Source: an uncultured archaeon
GTDB lineage: Archaea > Asgardarchaeota > Lokiarchaeia > Sigyniarchaeales > SOKP01
Direction: 5' to 3'
Length of the DNA stretch: 64,000 nt
Assembly: GCA_964508365.1 (NCBI GenBank)
Contig: CAZDTP010000005.1
Coordinates: 43,084 to 107,083 of the forward strand
In this document: piece after piece, positions 40,706 to 50,493 of the stretch
Numbering within the stretch: position 1 is the stretch's first letter
How the letters are laid out: each line of letters begins with the position of its first letter
The notes under the pieces: generated by a model
What the model saw: only the letters and a program-made list of their open reading frames with translations
Told to the model about the DNA's origin: nothing
The model's database searches: none
Made by a program: the position numbers and the translations under genes

Positions 40706-42007
40706 TTAGGTAAAAAGAATAATGATAAACAGAAACCCCATTGCACATGCAATATGAATTAATGCAAAAATAGCTCCAGTTTTTAATAATCGTTTGTATC
40801 CAAGATTTTCAACGCCATTATCTTGTGCTACCTTAAGTGTCATGAGATCTGCTGCAGCTCCTTGTGGAATCAGATTTCCACCTAAATTAATTGCTATAAT
40901 AAAAGCAAATAAAAGAGGAACAGAAGGAAAATTAAATGTAGTAATAAGAGTTTGAATGATGGGTATAAAGATTAATGTAGTAGGGGTATTAGCAACGAAA
41001 CCTGAAATCAAACTTACTAAGATAAGAATAATAAATGCTATCAATATCGGATTAAACGATTCAAAAGGTATAGCAATAAAAATTTCCTGAAAACCGGCTT
41101 TTAAAAGACATCCAACAATAACATATAAAGAAATAAAGAAAAAGATTATCTCCCATTCAATATCTTTTAATAATTCCCCCATTGGTTTTTTAGTATAGTT
41201 CCGATTTACTAAAACAAGTATTAAGGCTGCGATGATTGCCGTTAAGTACAAAATAGGTAAGATCATAAAAAGCACGATGGTAACAATAAGCGCAAAACTA
41301 TTGAAATAGAACATCTTTTTATTTTTGATCATAATATCTGCATCCACGAGTTCTAACACGAATTTCTTGGTTTGTTCGTCAATTTTCGGCTCTTTCGAGA
41401 GTATAAAGCGATCTATTAAAAATATTGTAAAAAACAATAATAGAAAAGAGAAAACCCAATAATATTGGATGAAATATAGTGTATCAAGCCTAAACGCTGT
41501 AGAAATGATAATATTTTCTCCTGACGAGAAGGGTGTGATAATGCTCCCGATGTTTATACAAATAGTCATTCCCATAAGATAAGTACCTGCTCTAATTTTT
41601 AAGAAATGACACAATCGGACAACGACAGGAGCCAAGATTAAAACTACAACAACATCAGTAATGACTGCTGCTAATAGCGTTGTAATCGTACAAAGAAGAT
41701 AGAGAAAAGTTCTACGATTTCCTCTTGATAGTTTAAACAATTTTACTGCTACATATTCTAAAACATTTGAATCTTGTGCGATTTTAGTCAATATGCTCAT
41801 GCTTAAGATAATAAGAATAGCTTCCCATTCTACATCGAGAATAAATACCTTTATATCAATTCCTAATTGAAGACCCGTAATTGTAGCACCCAAAAACATG
41901 CAGAATAAGGATATTGCCACAAAATCTGAGCCTTTTATGGAATAACTTATAATTATTATGATAAAAAGCACTAAAAGAAAAATTAAAAGCGGTAGATTCA
42001 TCGGCAC
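40706..42007 (-). CDS. ArsB/NhaD (IT superfamily) permease
   Basis: More than ten TM helices; NIGSIITPFSSGENII and GGNLIPQGAAAD re-entrant motifs. Confidence 0.85.
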   Translation of the reverse strand: MPMNLPLLIFLLVLFIIIIISYSIKGSDFVAISLFCMFLGATITGLQLGIDIKVFILDVEWEAILIILSMSILTKIAQDSNVLEYVAVKLFKLSRGNRRTFLYLLCTITTLLAAVITDVVVVLILAPVVVRLCHFLKIRAGTYLMGMTICINIGSIITPFSSGENIIISTAFRLDTLYFIQYYWVFSFLLLFFTIFLIDRFILSKEPKIDEQTKKFVLELVDADIMIKNKKMFYFNSFALIVTIVLFMILPILYLTAIIAALILVLVNRNYTKKPMGELLKDIEWEIIFFFISLYVIVGCLLKAGFQEIFIAIPFESFNPILIAFIILILVSLISGFVANTPTTLIFIPIIQTLITTFNFPSVPLLFAFIIAINLGGNLIPQGAAADLMTLKVAQDNGVENLGYKRLLKTGAIFALIHIACAMGFLFIIILFT

Positions 42008-42132
42008 CTAAATGATAGATTTAATGTTTTATTATTTAAGTTAATAAATACCTTTTAATAAATCTAATTAAAGTATAAGATTTAACATTTTCATTACTAT
42101 AAATTAAGATATGGATATGTATGTAAGTTAAA

Positions 42133-42981
42133 TTACTTGAATAAGAAAAGCTGTAGAAGAAATTTAAATAAGTTTAATTCGTTTAATAGAGTAATATTTG
42201 AGATGAGGTAATCAAAGATATTTTCTTCGATAAAATAATGTAAAGTTACATAATAACCTTCTTCATGCTTTATCATCTCGGTGATCTTTTTAACAAGATT
42301 GATGATTTGCTTCTCTACTACAAGCATATCGCAGTTTTTAGGATTTATATTGATAATATTGATGCCAGAATTACGATTAAACGAGAATTTACTTAATTCC
42401 GGATTATTTTGAACATATTGATGGTTCAAATAATTAGTAAACATGGATTCGATCTGAACATAAATGTTCTCTTTTTTCTCGGTTGTAAAATGGCCTTCAA
42501 TTACATTTATGAGTAAATTTAAAATCTGTTGAAAGACACCTAAAATATCGAAATATTCAGCAATCGTTGATATATCTTCAGCTGTTAACCATTGGGAGTA
42601 GTACTCGTCGATAATATCTTTAAATGAACTGAAATGTTCGGTGTTGCCTTTCCATAAGCTTTTCCATTCATCTCTATTTTTAGAAACAAATTGTTCTAGG
42701 AAAGAATGCTTGATAATGTTAAGTCGAGCTTTTAACATGTTTGAACTGATGTTTTTTTCTGAAGTTGCAACAAATAATAAGTTAGCTGATTTTTCCTCCA
42801 AATAGCACCATCTTAGGCCACCCATTTCGATGCTTTCTATCCCCTCTTTTAATTCATAGGTCGTAAACTGGTTTAGGGCAGCTAATAAACCACTTATAAG
42901 ATCTTCGTCTATTGGTAAATCCATATAGGGCTTGTATAATAGCGTTATACCGCTTTCTGAATCAAGAATCCAAATATTCAT
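42133..42981 (-). CDS. Longin-domain protein (Asgard eukaryotic-signature type)
   Basis: IWILDSESGITLLY...DEDLISGLLAALNQF...IESIEMGGLRW..LLFVA...F..F...IDE is the sedlin/TRAPP/AP-sigma longin pattern. Confidence 0.8.
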   Translation of the reverse strand: MNIWILDSESGITLLYKPYMDLPIDEDLISGLLAALNQFTTYELKEGIESIEMGGLRWCYLEEKSANLLFVATSEKNISSNMLKARLNIIKHSFLEQFVSKNRDEWKSLWKGNTEHFSSFKDIIDEYYSQWLTAEDISTIAEYFDILGVFQQILNLLINVIEGHFTTEKKENIYVQIESMFTNYLNHQYVQNNPELSKFSFNRNSGINIININPKNCDMLVVEKQIINLVKKITEMIKHEEGYYVTLHYFIEENIFDYLISNITLLNELNLFKFLLQLFLFK

Positions 42982-43063
42982 AATAGAATGCGTTTTTAGA
43001 AATTACTATTGATATATAAAAGCACGATTTAATAAATGATTATTTTTAAATAAAATTTAAATA

Positions 43064-43561
43064 TCATTGTAAAAAATCTTTTAGATCTTTGGTTTTGCAA
43101 TATTTTTCAATGTTCCTTAACATTTCAGAGATTTTATTTTGCAGAACTAAATCACTTACACCGCCTATAATACTTAAGAAATCGCTACTAAGCGTAAAAC
43201 TTTCCACAAAAACCCCAACTTTTGACTTATTGGGAGATAATGGTTTGATGCGTATTCTTCCCTCCAATTCTCGGATATCTTTATTATTCCTTACATTAAA
43301 TTCGATCAGATGTCCTTTACCGGGATCTTGACCCCTATCAGACAGTACCAGTTCTCCTTCCATTTCGATTGGAATTTTTATTACATCTACTTCATCATAT
43401 ATTTTAGTATGTAGTACATTTGGTGCGGTAAATTTTGCTTCCATTTTCTTGGAAGGGTTAATTTCTTCCCAGAATTCTGGTACATAGAGTGCTTTAAAGA
43501 GGTTGTTCTCATTACAGTTATCAATTTCTAAAACTTTCGAGATTTTAGCCGTAATTTTCAC
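43064..43561 (-). CDS. SRPBCC/START-like helix-grip protein
   Basis: Pattern LF..L..PE.W..I.P followed by beta strands and a C-terminal amphipathic helix; GTG start. Confidence 0.55.
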   Translation of the reverse strand: MKITAKISKVLEIDNCNENNLFKALYVPEFWEEINPSKKMEAKFTAPNVLHTKIYDEVDVIKIPIEMEGELVLSDRGQDPGKGHLIEFNVRNNKDIRELEGRIRIKPLSPNKSKVGVFVESFTLSSDFLSIIGGVSDLVLQNKISEMLRNIEKYCKTKDLKDFLQ

Positions 43562-43768
43562 CTTAATTTATTTTAAGTATGATTTACTTATAAAAATCGA
43601 AAGTTTTTAACTTTTTATATTAATGAATACAAAAGATAGAATGGTAGCCTCAGACTTCCTTGATTATTTCATCTTTTAGACATTAAATCATTTTTAGTTT
43701 GTCATCATTGGCTCTTGTGCAAATCTCTTCAACTTAAAGAATCAGATTGATTTTAATTTTACTATAAT

Positions 43769-43969
43769 TTATTTATCACGAAATAACATACTTTTACCTA
43801 GATTTCGTTCTTCTTTACAATTGGGACATACCCAAGTAGCATCGTTTTTTTTTATCGAATTTATGCACATATCACAAATAGCTGTGTCGCAAATGCAGTA
43901 ATAGCACCTATCTAGTTTATCTTCACAACTTTTTCCGCATATATAACAATTTGGAGGATTTTTAGACAT
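43769..43969 (-). CDS. Stand-alone C4C4 RING-finger protein
   Basis: C-x2-C-x13-C-x-C-x4-C-x2-C-x12-C-x2-C. Confidence 0.75.
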   Translation of the reverse strand: MSKNPPNCYICGKSCEDKLDRCYYCICDTAICDMCINSIKKNDATWVCPNCKEERNLGKSMLFRDK

Positions 43970-44051
43970 ATCTATATTACAATTTATATTCTTTTATAAT
44001 ATTCATAATTATATTTATTATTAATTAAATTTAACAACATTTCTGAAGATA

Positions 44052-44237
44052 ATGGATAAATTTAGGTCGCGAATTCAAATACTCTCCTTGTTCATAATAT
44101 TCTTTATGTATAGAGCGATTTCAGCAGGAATCTACAATAATGCTCCAGAATTTATACTTTGGTTGCTGATCTCTATAATTTACGCGATCTCTCTTACGAT
44201 TTTATATATAGTTTTCAGACAAAGAGAAAATCGTTAA
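44052..44237 (+). CDS. Small two-TM membrane protein
   Basis: 61 aa with two hydrophobic helices. Confidence 0.6.
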   Translation: MDKFRSRIQILSLFIIFFMYRAISAGIYNNAPEFILWLLISIIYAISLTILYIVFRQRENR

Positions 44238-44292
44238 TTTTATTCTCTGAGAGATAAGAAATAGGCGAACATATATTTAGAGTCGTTTTAGT

Positions 44293-44562
44293 TCATTTAT
44301 CCCTTTTTTTAAAAATGTCAGGGATTAAACCCTCTATTCCTAAACTCTTTAACACGCTATCCCTAACATCTACTTGTACCCTCATGTCTTGCATTACTTT
44401 TAATGTATCTCCTAAAGATCTTGAGAAAGTATCGCTCATTTCCTTAATAGTATCTGATGTAAGTTTTAGAGATTCTCGAATTGATAAGTTAGTTTCATGC
44501 AATTCCGCTGTTAACTCTTCCATTGTTTTTCTCATTTCTGAGAGTTCTTCTTTCAGTCCCAT
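44293..44562 (-). CDS. Small coiled-coil protein
   Basis: 89 aa of continuous amphipathic helix. Confidence 0.7.
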   Translation of the reverse strand: MGLKEELSEMRKTMEELTAELHETNLSIRESLKLTSDTIKEMSDTFSRSLGDTLKVMQDMRVQVDVRDSVLKSLGIEGLIPDIFKKRDK

Positions 44563-44723
44563 TTATACTTGAGATTAACAATTATTCTAATAATCTTCTT
44601 AAAGTAAGTTTGATTAAAAGTTTTTTTTATCCTAAAGTTTAAAACATTATCAAATATAATCAATAGTCTTTTAAGAATTCATTATTATATTAGATCAATA
44701 ATAAGAAGACTCTTGTAAATATT

Positions 44724-44870
44724 ATGTCAGAATGGAAAAACAGAATTAAAAAGCCAGTTTCAGACGAGTATTACTGTACGGGCTGAAATATTGTTGATGG
44801 ATTTATACAAATAATCAATTCATTAAAAAAAAAACGTAAAGTAAAAAAAGCTATAAAAAATACAAATTAA
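44724..44870 (+). other. Short ORF with in-frame TGA (CTG*): selenoprotein candidate or decayed gene fragment
   Basis: MSEWKNRIKKPVSDEYYCTG*NIVDGFIQIINSLKKKRKVKKAIKNTN(TAA). Confidence 0.3.
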
Positions 44871-45091
44871 AACAAATCTCATAGATTAAATCAAAAATTT
44901 TAGGATTTTATCTAAAGTTCCGCAAGAACTCGAGATTCTACTAAAATTTAAAACAAAAGAACTCAAAGCAATTTTTAGATTTATAGGAATTTTCATCATT
45001 TAATTTTTAGCGATATTATTATTTTTAATAAAAAAATGATAGAACGAAAAATCAAGGTTACTTTCAACAATGATTTTTATTTAAATAGACA

Positions 45092-46456
45092 TTAAACCGG
45101 TTTTTTAGCACCTTCTCCGACTTTCCGGTAAATGAATCCTAATTTTTCAACAGTTTTCTTATCGAATATGTTTCTTCCGTCAATAATAATTGGAGTATTT
45201 ACTCTTTTTTTAAGATCATCCAAATCTATATCGTAATATACAGAATGATTCGTAGTGAAAAGTAAAACATCAGCATTATCAACAGCTTTGTTGAAATCGC
45301 TTGTAAGTTCAGTAAGATTATAATCTCGCTCTTTTACAAAAGGATCATGGGCTAAATAGATGATATTGTGTGAATGATATCGTGTTTTTAGGATTTTTAC
45401 AATATTTTCAGTTGGAGTATTTCGGGTATCGTCAGTATTTGCCTTGTAAGAAACACCTAAAAGAGTGATTTTAATATTGTCTACTAACCGATGCGAGTCT
45501 CTAAATACATTTTCCATCAACTCGATCATATGATATGGCATGAAATCATTTAATTTTCTTGCATCAGGAATAATTTTCATTTTCGATTCGTTAATTCTTT
45601 CAGTGTATTTGTTAAAACCGTAAAGTAAAAGCCAAGGATCCTTCGTGAGACAATGACCTCCTACTCCAGAACCGGGATAATGCATCATTCTGTCATGACG
45701 GTTATTGATTAAAGGGATAATTTCGAATATATTTCTATTAAAATCTTCACATAATAAAGCCATTTCATTTGCAAATGCGATATTCACATCTCTATAAGCA
45801 TTTTCTATGCATTTTGTTAGTTCTGCTGTAAGCGTATCAGTTACTTGTAGTTCTTTTTTAACGACCTTACCGTATAAAAATTTAGCTCTTTCATTGGCTT
45901 GTTCGCATCCACCTCCTATTACGCGAGGAAAATCTGTAATATATTCAATTAATTTTCCCGGCATAACTCTCTCAAACGAAAACACTAAATAAAAATCAAT
46001 TCCTCTTTTTAGACCACTTTTTTCCTCCAATATAGATTGAACAATGTTATCTGTTGTTCCAGGGGCGACCGTAGATTCAATTATTATTGTTGCTCCCTTT
46101 TTTATATATTTGGCAATATTTTTGGATACTTCCTTTAAAGAAGAATATCTTGGAACTTTTTCGTCATCAACGGGAGTTTGGACATCAATCAAAATGAAAT
46201 CAGCTTCGTTTGCATCATCGTAGCTATCTGTAACTTTAAATTTTCCTGTTTTTACCACTCTCTCGATTAGTTGATCTAAACCCGGTTCTTCTCCCTCGTA
46301 AGGATTCTTACCGTTATTAAGCCAATCAATTTTCCATGCTGATCTGTTCGATCTCCGCTGAATTCCTGTAACATAGAAGTCATCAACATCAGCTAAAATT
46401 GCTGCCATAGGAATCCCAACATATCCCATTCCAATTACTACGATTTTTGTTGTCAT
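45092..46456 (-). CDS. UDP-N-acetyl-hexosamine (WecC-type) nucleotide-sugar dehydrogenase
   Basis: VIGMGYVG, IIESTVAPGTT, AELTKCIENAYRDVNIAFANE and GVGGHCL. Confidence 0.92.
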   Translation of the reverse strand: MTTKIVVIGMGYVGIPMAAILADVDDFYVTGIQRRSNRSAWKIDWLNNGKNPYEGEEPGLDQLIERVVKTGKFKVTDSYDDANEADFILIDVQTPVDDEKVPRYSSLKEVSKNIAKYIKKGATIIIESTVAPGTTDNIVQSILEEKSGLKRGIDFYLVFSFERVMPGKLIEYITDFPRVIGGGCEQANERAKFLYGKVVKKELQVTDTLTAELTKCIENAYRDVNIAFANEMALLCEDFNRNIFEIIPLINNRHDRMMHYPGSGVGGHCLTKDPWLLLYGFNKYTERINESKMKIIPDARKLNDFMPYHMIELMENVFRDSHRLVDNIKITLLGVSYKANTDDTRNTPTENIVKILKTRYHSHNIIYLAHDPFVKERDYNLTELTSDFNKAVDNADVLLFTTNHSVYYDIDLDDLKKRVNTPIIIDGRNIFDKKTVEKLGFIYRKVGEGAKKPV

Positions 46457-46579
46457 TTTCTTAAATTAAAATTGAGTACTATTTTTGAGTTATTAGTGGA
46501 TTAAATAAATCATAGTTCAATAAATTATAGATCAAAAAGTAAAAAAAAAGATAAAAAGTTAATTATTTGTTTTTTATAA

Positions 46580-47251
46580 TTACTTCGGTTTCTCCTTATA
46601 AGAACTACCTTTTACGGATTTAAAGATTATCGCTATTATTGCACCAGCAACAAAGCCGCCTACATGGGCAAAATGAGCTGTTCCAGTTAACTCAAAAGAG
46701 AAAAATGCATAAATCAATTCCGTAATAAAGTAGGTAATTATAAAGTAACTTGCAGTCACTTTACGCATGTAAGTTCCGGTAGGGAGATAAAACTTATTAT
46801 TGGGATAGAGTATCACATATACTGCCATAAGGCCAAAAATCGCTCCGGACGCTCCAAGTGAAGGGATATATTGTGCTATTGTTGTCCCCCAGAAAGGAAT
46901 GAAGACCGTACTCCAAGCGTGAAGCATTGTCGCGAAAATACCAGAAGCGAAATATGTTATTAAATATAGAAGATGCCCCATTGCGTGTTCGCAATTATCC
47001 GTAATAACCAAAAAAAACCACATATTCATAATAATATGAACGAAATCTCCATGCATAAACATAGAAGTGAAAATAGTCCATAATTTCACTCCTGCAAAGA
47101 ACTCTGCAGGGACAAAAGCTGCTTCAATATGCATTTGACCAGAAGGATCCATCAATTGCCAAATGAAGAAACCTATATTCGCTATTAAAATTAAAACCGA
47201 AAAGTACTGCTTAAAAAAAGAAATTTTGTCATCAGTTGCTTCTAATACCAT
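46580..47251 (-). CDS. Rhomboid intramembrane serine protease
   Basis: TSMFMHG, HIIMNM, GASGAIFG and AHFAHVGG. Confidence 0.93.
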   Translation of the reverse strand: MVLEATDDKISFFKQYFSVLILIANIGFFIWQLMDPSGQMHIEAAFVPAEFFAGVKLWTIFTSMFMHGDFVHIIMNMWFFLVITDNCEHAMGHLLYLITYFASGIFATMLHAWSTVFIPFWGTTIAQYIPSLGASGAIFGLMAVYVILYPNNKFYLPTGTYMRKVTASYFIITYFITELIYAFFSFELTGTAHFAHVGGFVAGAIIAIIFKSVKGSSYKEKPK

Positions 47252-47406
47252 ATTAAAACATCGATTAGTTATTGTTTGATTAATACTTAAATAAATATAT
47301 TGATTTAAAGAGTTATTTAAAATTATTCTAAATAATTAATAAAAAATTGGAAAACTTTATCCAAGGAAATTAAAAATTAAAATACTAATTAATGCTTATT
47401 TAAACT

Positions 47407-48591
47407 ATGAAATTAGGTAAATCGAGTTTAAACGATATAGCAAGGATACAACCAGATTCCGTGAAAAGAAGAAGAATTTCGAGTTATGATGTTTCTGGTG
47501 GCAATCATGATTGGGTTGATATCGAACCAAGGGAAAAGGTTGTAATAGGCGAAGTGAATGATCCAGGTTGCATTACTCATATTTGGTGCACGATTTTATG
47601 CAAGTCACGCTATTATCTAAGGAATATTATACTAAGAATGTATTGGGATAACGAACAAGAGAATTCTCCGAGTGTAGAAGCCCCTATAGGAGACTTTTTC
47701 GGATTAGGTCATGCCAAACACAAAAATTACGTCTCATTACCGCTCCAAATGAGTCCTCAGTGGGGTAAAGGATTTAATTGTTGGTGGCCGATGCCGTTTT
47801 TAAAAGGGTTCAAAATTACAGTAGAAAACGATAATTCAAAACCCATGAGATTTTTTTTCTATATCGATTACGAAATATATCAAGAGGGATTTGAAAACGA
47901 AAAAGATTATGGCCGGTTTCACGCTCTCTGGCATCGAGTAAATCCAACAATACCAAAAAAGAAAGATAGCAATACGAGCAAGAAATTTACTAAAACAAAA
48001 CCTAAAAACTATTGCTATGAAGGATGTAACATCGAAGACCCCCAATCTCAGAATTATAAAATTCTCGAAGCCCGAGGAAAAGGTCATTTTGTAGGATGTC
48101 ATTTAGATATTGATAACATAACATTTCTCCCGTGGTATGTAAATTGGCCAGGTGAAGGCGACGATATGATATATATCGATGAGGATATAGACAGAAAAAC
48201 TCCCACCTTACACGGAACTGGAACCGAAGATTACGTAAACCAGTCTTGGGCGCCATTTCAGAAATATCACGCTCCCTACCACGGTACAATCAAAGCGGGG
48301 GGAATAAATTGGTGGGGAAAAATTTCTTATTACAGATACCACATTGAGGATCCTGTCTATTTCAACAAAAAGATTCTTGTAACCATTGAACATGGACACG
48401 ATAATCATCGTAAAGATGATTGGTCTTCCACTGCCTATTGGTATCAGATAGAACCACACGATCAAGCTTTATTTCCTAACTTATTGGATAAAAAAGGAAG
48501 AAAACCACGCTTTCACTATGCACATATGGCTAGAAAAACATGTTGTATTGTTTTAATACTTAGTATTGCATACGTTTGGATTTTTTTTTAG
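47407..48591 (+). CDS. DUF2961 / GH172-like glycoside hydrolase with C-terminal TM segment
   Basis: GCITHIW, SVEAPIGDFFG, GEGDDMIYID, GTGTEDY and IEHGH. Confidence 0.85.
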   Translation: MKLGKSSLNDIARIQPDSVKRRRISSYDVSGGNHDWVDIEPREKVVIGEVNDPGCITHIWCTILCKSRYYLRNIILRMYWDNEQENSPSVEAPIGDFFGLGHAKHKNYVSLPLQMSPQWGKGFNCWWPMPFLKGFKITVENDNSKPMRFFFYIDYEIYQEGFENEKDYGRFHALWHRVNPTIPKKKDSNTSKKFTKTKPKNYCYEGCNIEDPQSQNYKILEARGKGHFVGCHLDIDNITFLPWYVNWPGEGDDMIYIDEDIDRKTPTLHGTGTEDYVNQSWAPFQKYHAPYHGTIKAGGINWWGKISYYRYHIEDPVYFNKKILVTIEHGHDNHRKDDWSSTAYWYQIEPHDQALFPNLLDKKGRKPRFHYAHMARKTCCIVLILSIAYVWIFF

Positions 48592-48675
48592 CTTTTTGAC
48601 TTTATTGTTTAAAAAGTGAGCTGAAAAAATTAACAAGTGAAAATTATAAGATATAATAATTTTTAACTAATATCT

Positions 48676-49683
48676 ATGTCAGAAGTTAATTTAATTAACG
48701 TAATTGTTGGAATAATTCTTGCTTTAATCACTACTTTTTGTTTTAATATAGGAATTGTTTATCAAAAAAGGGGTTTGAAAGAAGCTGCAGTGAAGGGCAT
48801 TGAGATAAAAACTGAAGAAGGCTTTATCAACGTAATAAAAACTTTTTTGAAGTTATTTAAAATTAGGCCATGGTTAATTGGTGCGATTTTAGGAGTCGTA
48901 GGTTGGTTTCCGTATATCATTTCTATTGGACTGGTTGGAGTTCTAGTTACAGAACCTGTAATGGCGACCGGTTTTATATTTTTTGTATTTGCAGCTATGA
49001 AAATATTAAACGAAAGAGTAGGCATTATCGAATACATTGCAATAGGAATATTAACGGTTTCGCCAATTCTCATTGGACTCGCCGGGATATCCGATGTTGA
49101 TCTAAATCTGTACGAGTTTGTGCCTTCCCTTATTCTATTTTTAATAGTATCGCTTTCGCTCAGCATTATATCTTTGACAATCGCAAGGAAAAATAGAGGG
49201 AAGAGCTCTGAGGGACTCTTTATAATGTTTGGAGGCGCTATCCTTTTCGCTCTCGGAGGATCTGCTACAAACATATTAGCACAAGCGTTAATTCAGACAG
49301 GCGAAGGTTTTCAATGGTATACTTTATTCCAATTACCTTTTGGCATATTCTGGTTTATTTTTGGAGGAAACTACGCTGTTTTATGGGTATTTTTAGGATT
49401 TTGGATGATGGCTATTTTTAATCTTAGTAGTCTTCCGTATTATCAAGGTGGATTCCAAAAAGGGAAAATTCTTATAATGTATCCAATATTAGATTCAATT
49501 GCTTTACTCTTTCCCATTTTTGCGGGTATTTTTGTATTCAAGCAAACTTTTGCGAATTTTCCGTTATTCTTTATTGCTTTACTCCTTACAGTTTTTGCGA
49601 CAATAGTTCTAAGTAAGTATCAAGTAGCAGTTGAAGAGATGGGCACTGTTCGTAACCCAACTAAAGAAAATGTAGATAGCTAA
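48676..49683 (+). CDS. DMT-superfamily (NIPA/EamA-like) transporter
   Basis: About ten TM helices; GIVYQKRG, PWLIG and LVTEPV pattern. Confidence 0.75.
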   Translation: MSEVNLINVIVGIILALITTFCFNIGIVYQKRGLKEAAVKGIEIKTEEGFINVIKTFLKLFKIRPWLIGAILGVVGWFPYIISIGLVGVLVTEPVMATGFIFFVFAAMKILNERVGIIEYIAIGILTVSPILIGLAGISDVDLNLYEFVPSLILFLIVSLSLSIISLTIARKNRGKSSEGLFIMFGGAILFALGGSATNILAQALIQTGEGFQWYTLFQLPFGIFWFIFGGNYAVLWVFLGFWMMAIFNLSSLPYYQGGFQKGKILIMYPILDSIALLFPIFAGIFVFKQTFANFPLFFIALLLTVFATIVLSKYQVAVEEMGTVRNPTKENVDS

Positions 49684-49875
49684 TCAGACATCTCCATAAA
49701 ATCGGGCTGATATTACTGTTATTTTCTATTTTAAAATAATTCTACTAAAATAAAATTATTAAATTGACAATTTTTCAATCAATGTAATATATCAAATAGT
49801 AATTAATCAGAAAAAATTAACGAAATATCTTTTCAATAGTTCCTATTATAGTTAGTTTTAATAGAAAGTCAATTA

Positions 49876-50259
49876 TTAGTTTGATTTTGTTTTGAGGATA
49901 TTTTTAATGTAAGCTAAAATTTCATTACCAGAAACAGCTTTGACCAAGTAACCATCAGCTCCTAATTCCTTACCTTTTTGAATATCTTCAAAAAAATTTT
50001 TCACAGAAAATAAAACTACAAGAATATTAGGATATCGTGATTTGATTTCCGTTAATATTTCATATCCGTTCCTTCCAGGAAGCATAATATCAAGCAAAAT
50101 AAGCGCTATGTCGTCATGTTTTTCTTCTACTATATCTAACGCATCGTATCCATTACTACAAGTAATTGTTTCATATTTCTCCAATTGCAAAAACTTTTCA
50201 GTCAAATGTGTAATATCTTCCTCGTCGTCAACTATTAAAATCTTTTTTATTAATGACAT
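49876..50259 (-). CDS. Stand-alone response-regulator receiver domain
   Basis: ILIVDDE, LILLDIMLP (phospho-Asp) and GADGYLVK. Confidence 0.92.
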   Translation of the reverse strand: MSLIKKILIVDDEEDITHLTEKFLQLEKYETITCSNGYDALDIVEEKHDDIALILLDIMLPGRNGYEILTEIKSRYPNILVVLFSVKNFFEDIQKGKELGADGYLVKAVSGNEILAYIKNILKTKSN

Positions 50260-50493
50260 TGAAACGCTAATTTCAGATAAATCTAATTTTTATTTAAAAT
50301 TCTTAAAATTTAATCTTTTTTTAATAACTACCTAATATTGTTTCATTTTAGTTATATAAAAAGTATATATAATTCGCAGGTTTTGATCCCTAGGCTCGAT
50401 CAATTTTTTTATTTAAAAAGGGATTGAATCCTTGTGATTAAGCATTAAGAGATGTTATAAAAGTCCGATAATTGAACTAATAATCAATAAAAC

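Noticed and set aside
43640-43750. Protein-like fragment on the minus strand (VEEICTRANDDKLKMI*)
   Set aside because: Multiple stops, no start and no identifiable family.
45031-45078. AUGA...UGAU element resembling a SECIS core
   Set aside because: Spacing fits but only about 4 of 10 helix II positions pair; not called as a SECIS without a covariance search.
50380-50430. GATCCC...GGGATT inverted repeat between the receiver genes
   Set aside because: Only a 6-bp stem with a loop of about 30 nt; insufficient support for a structure or site.
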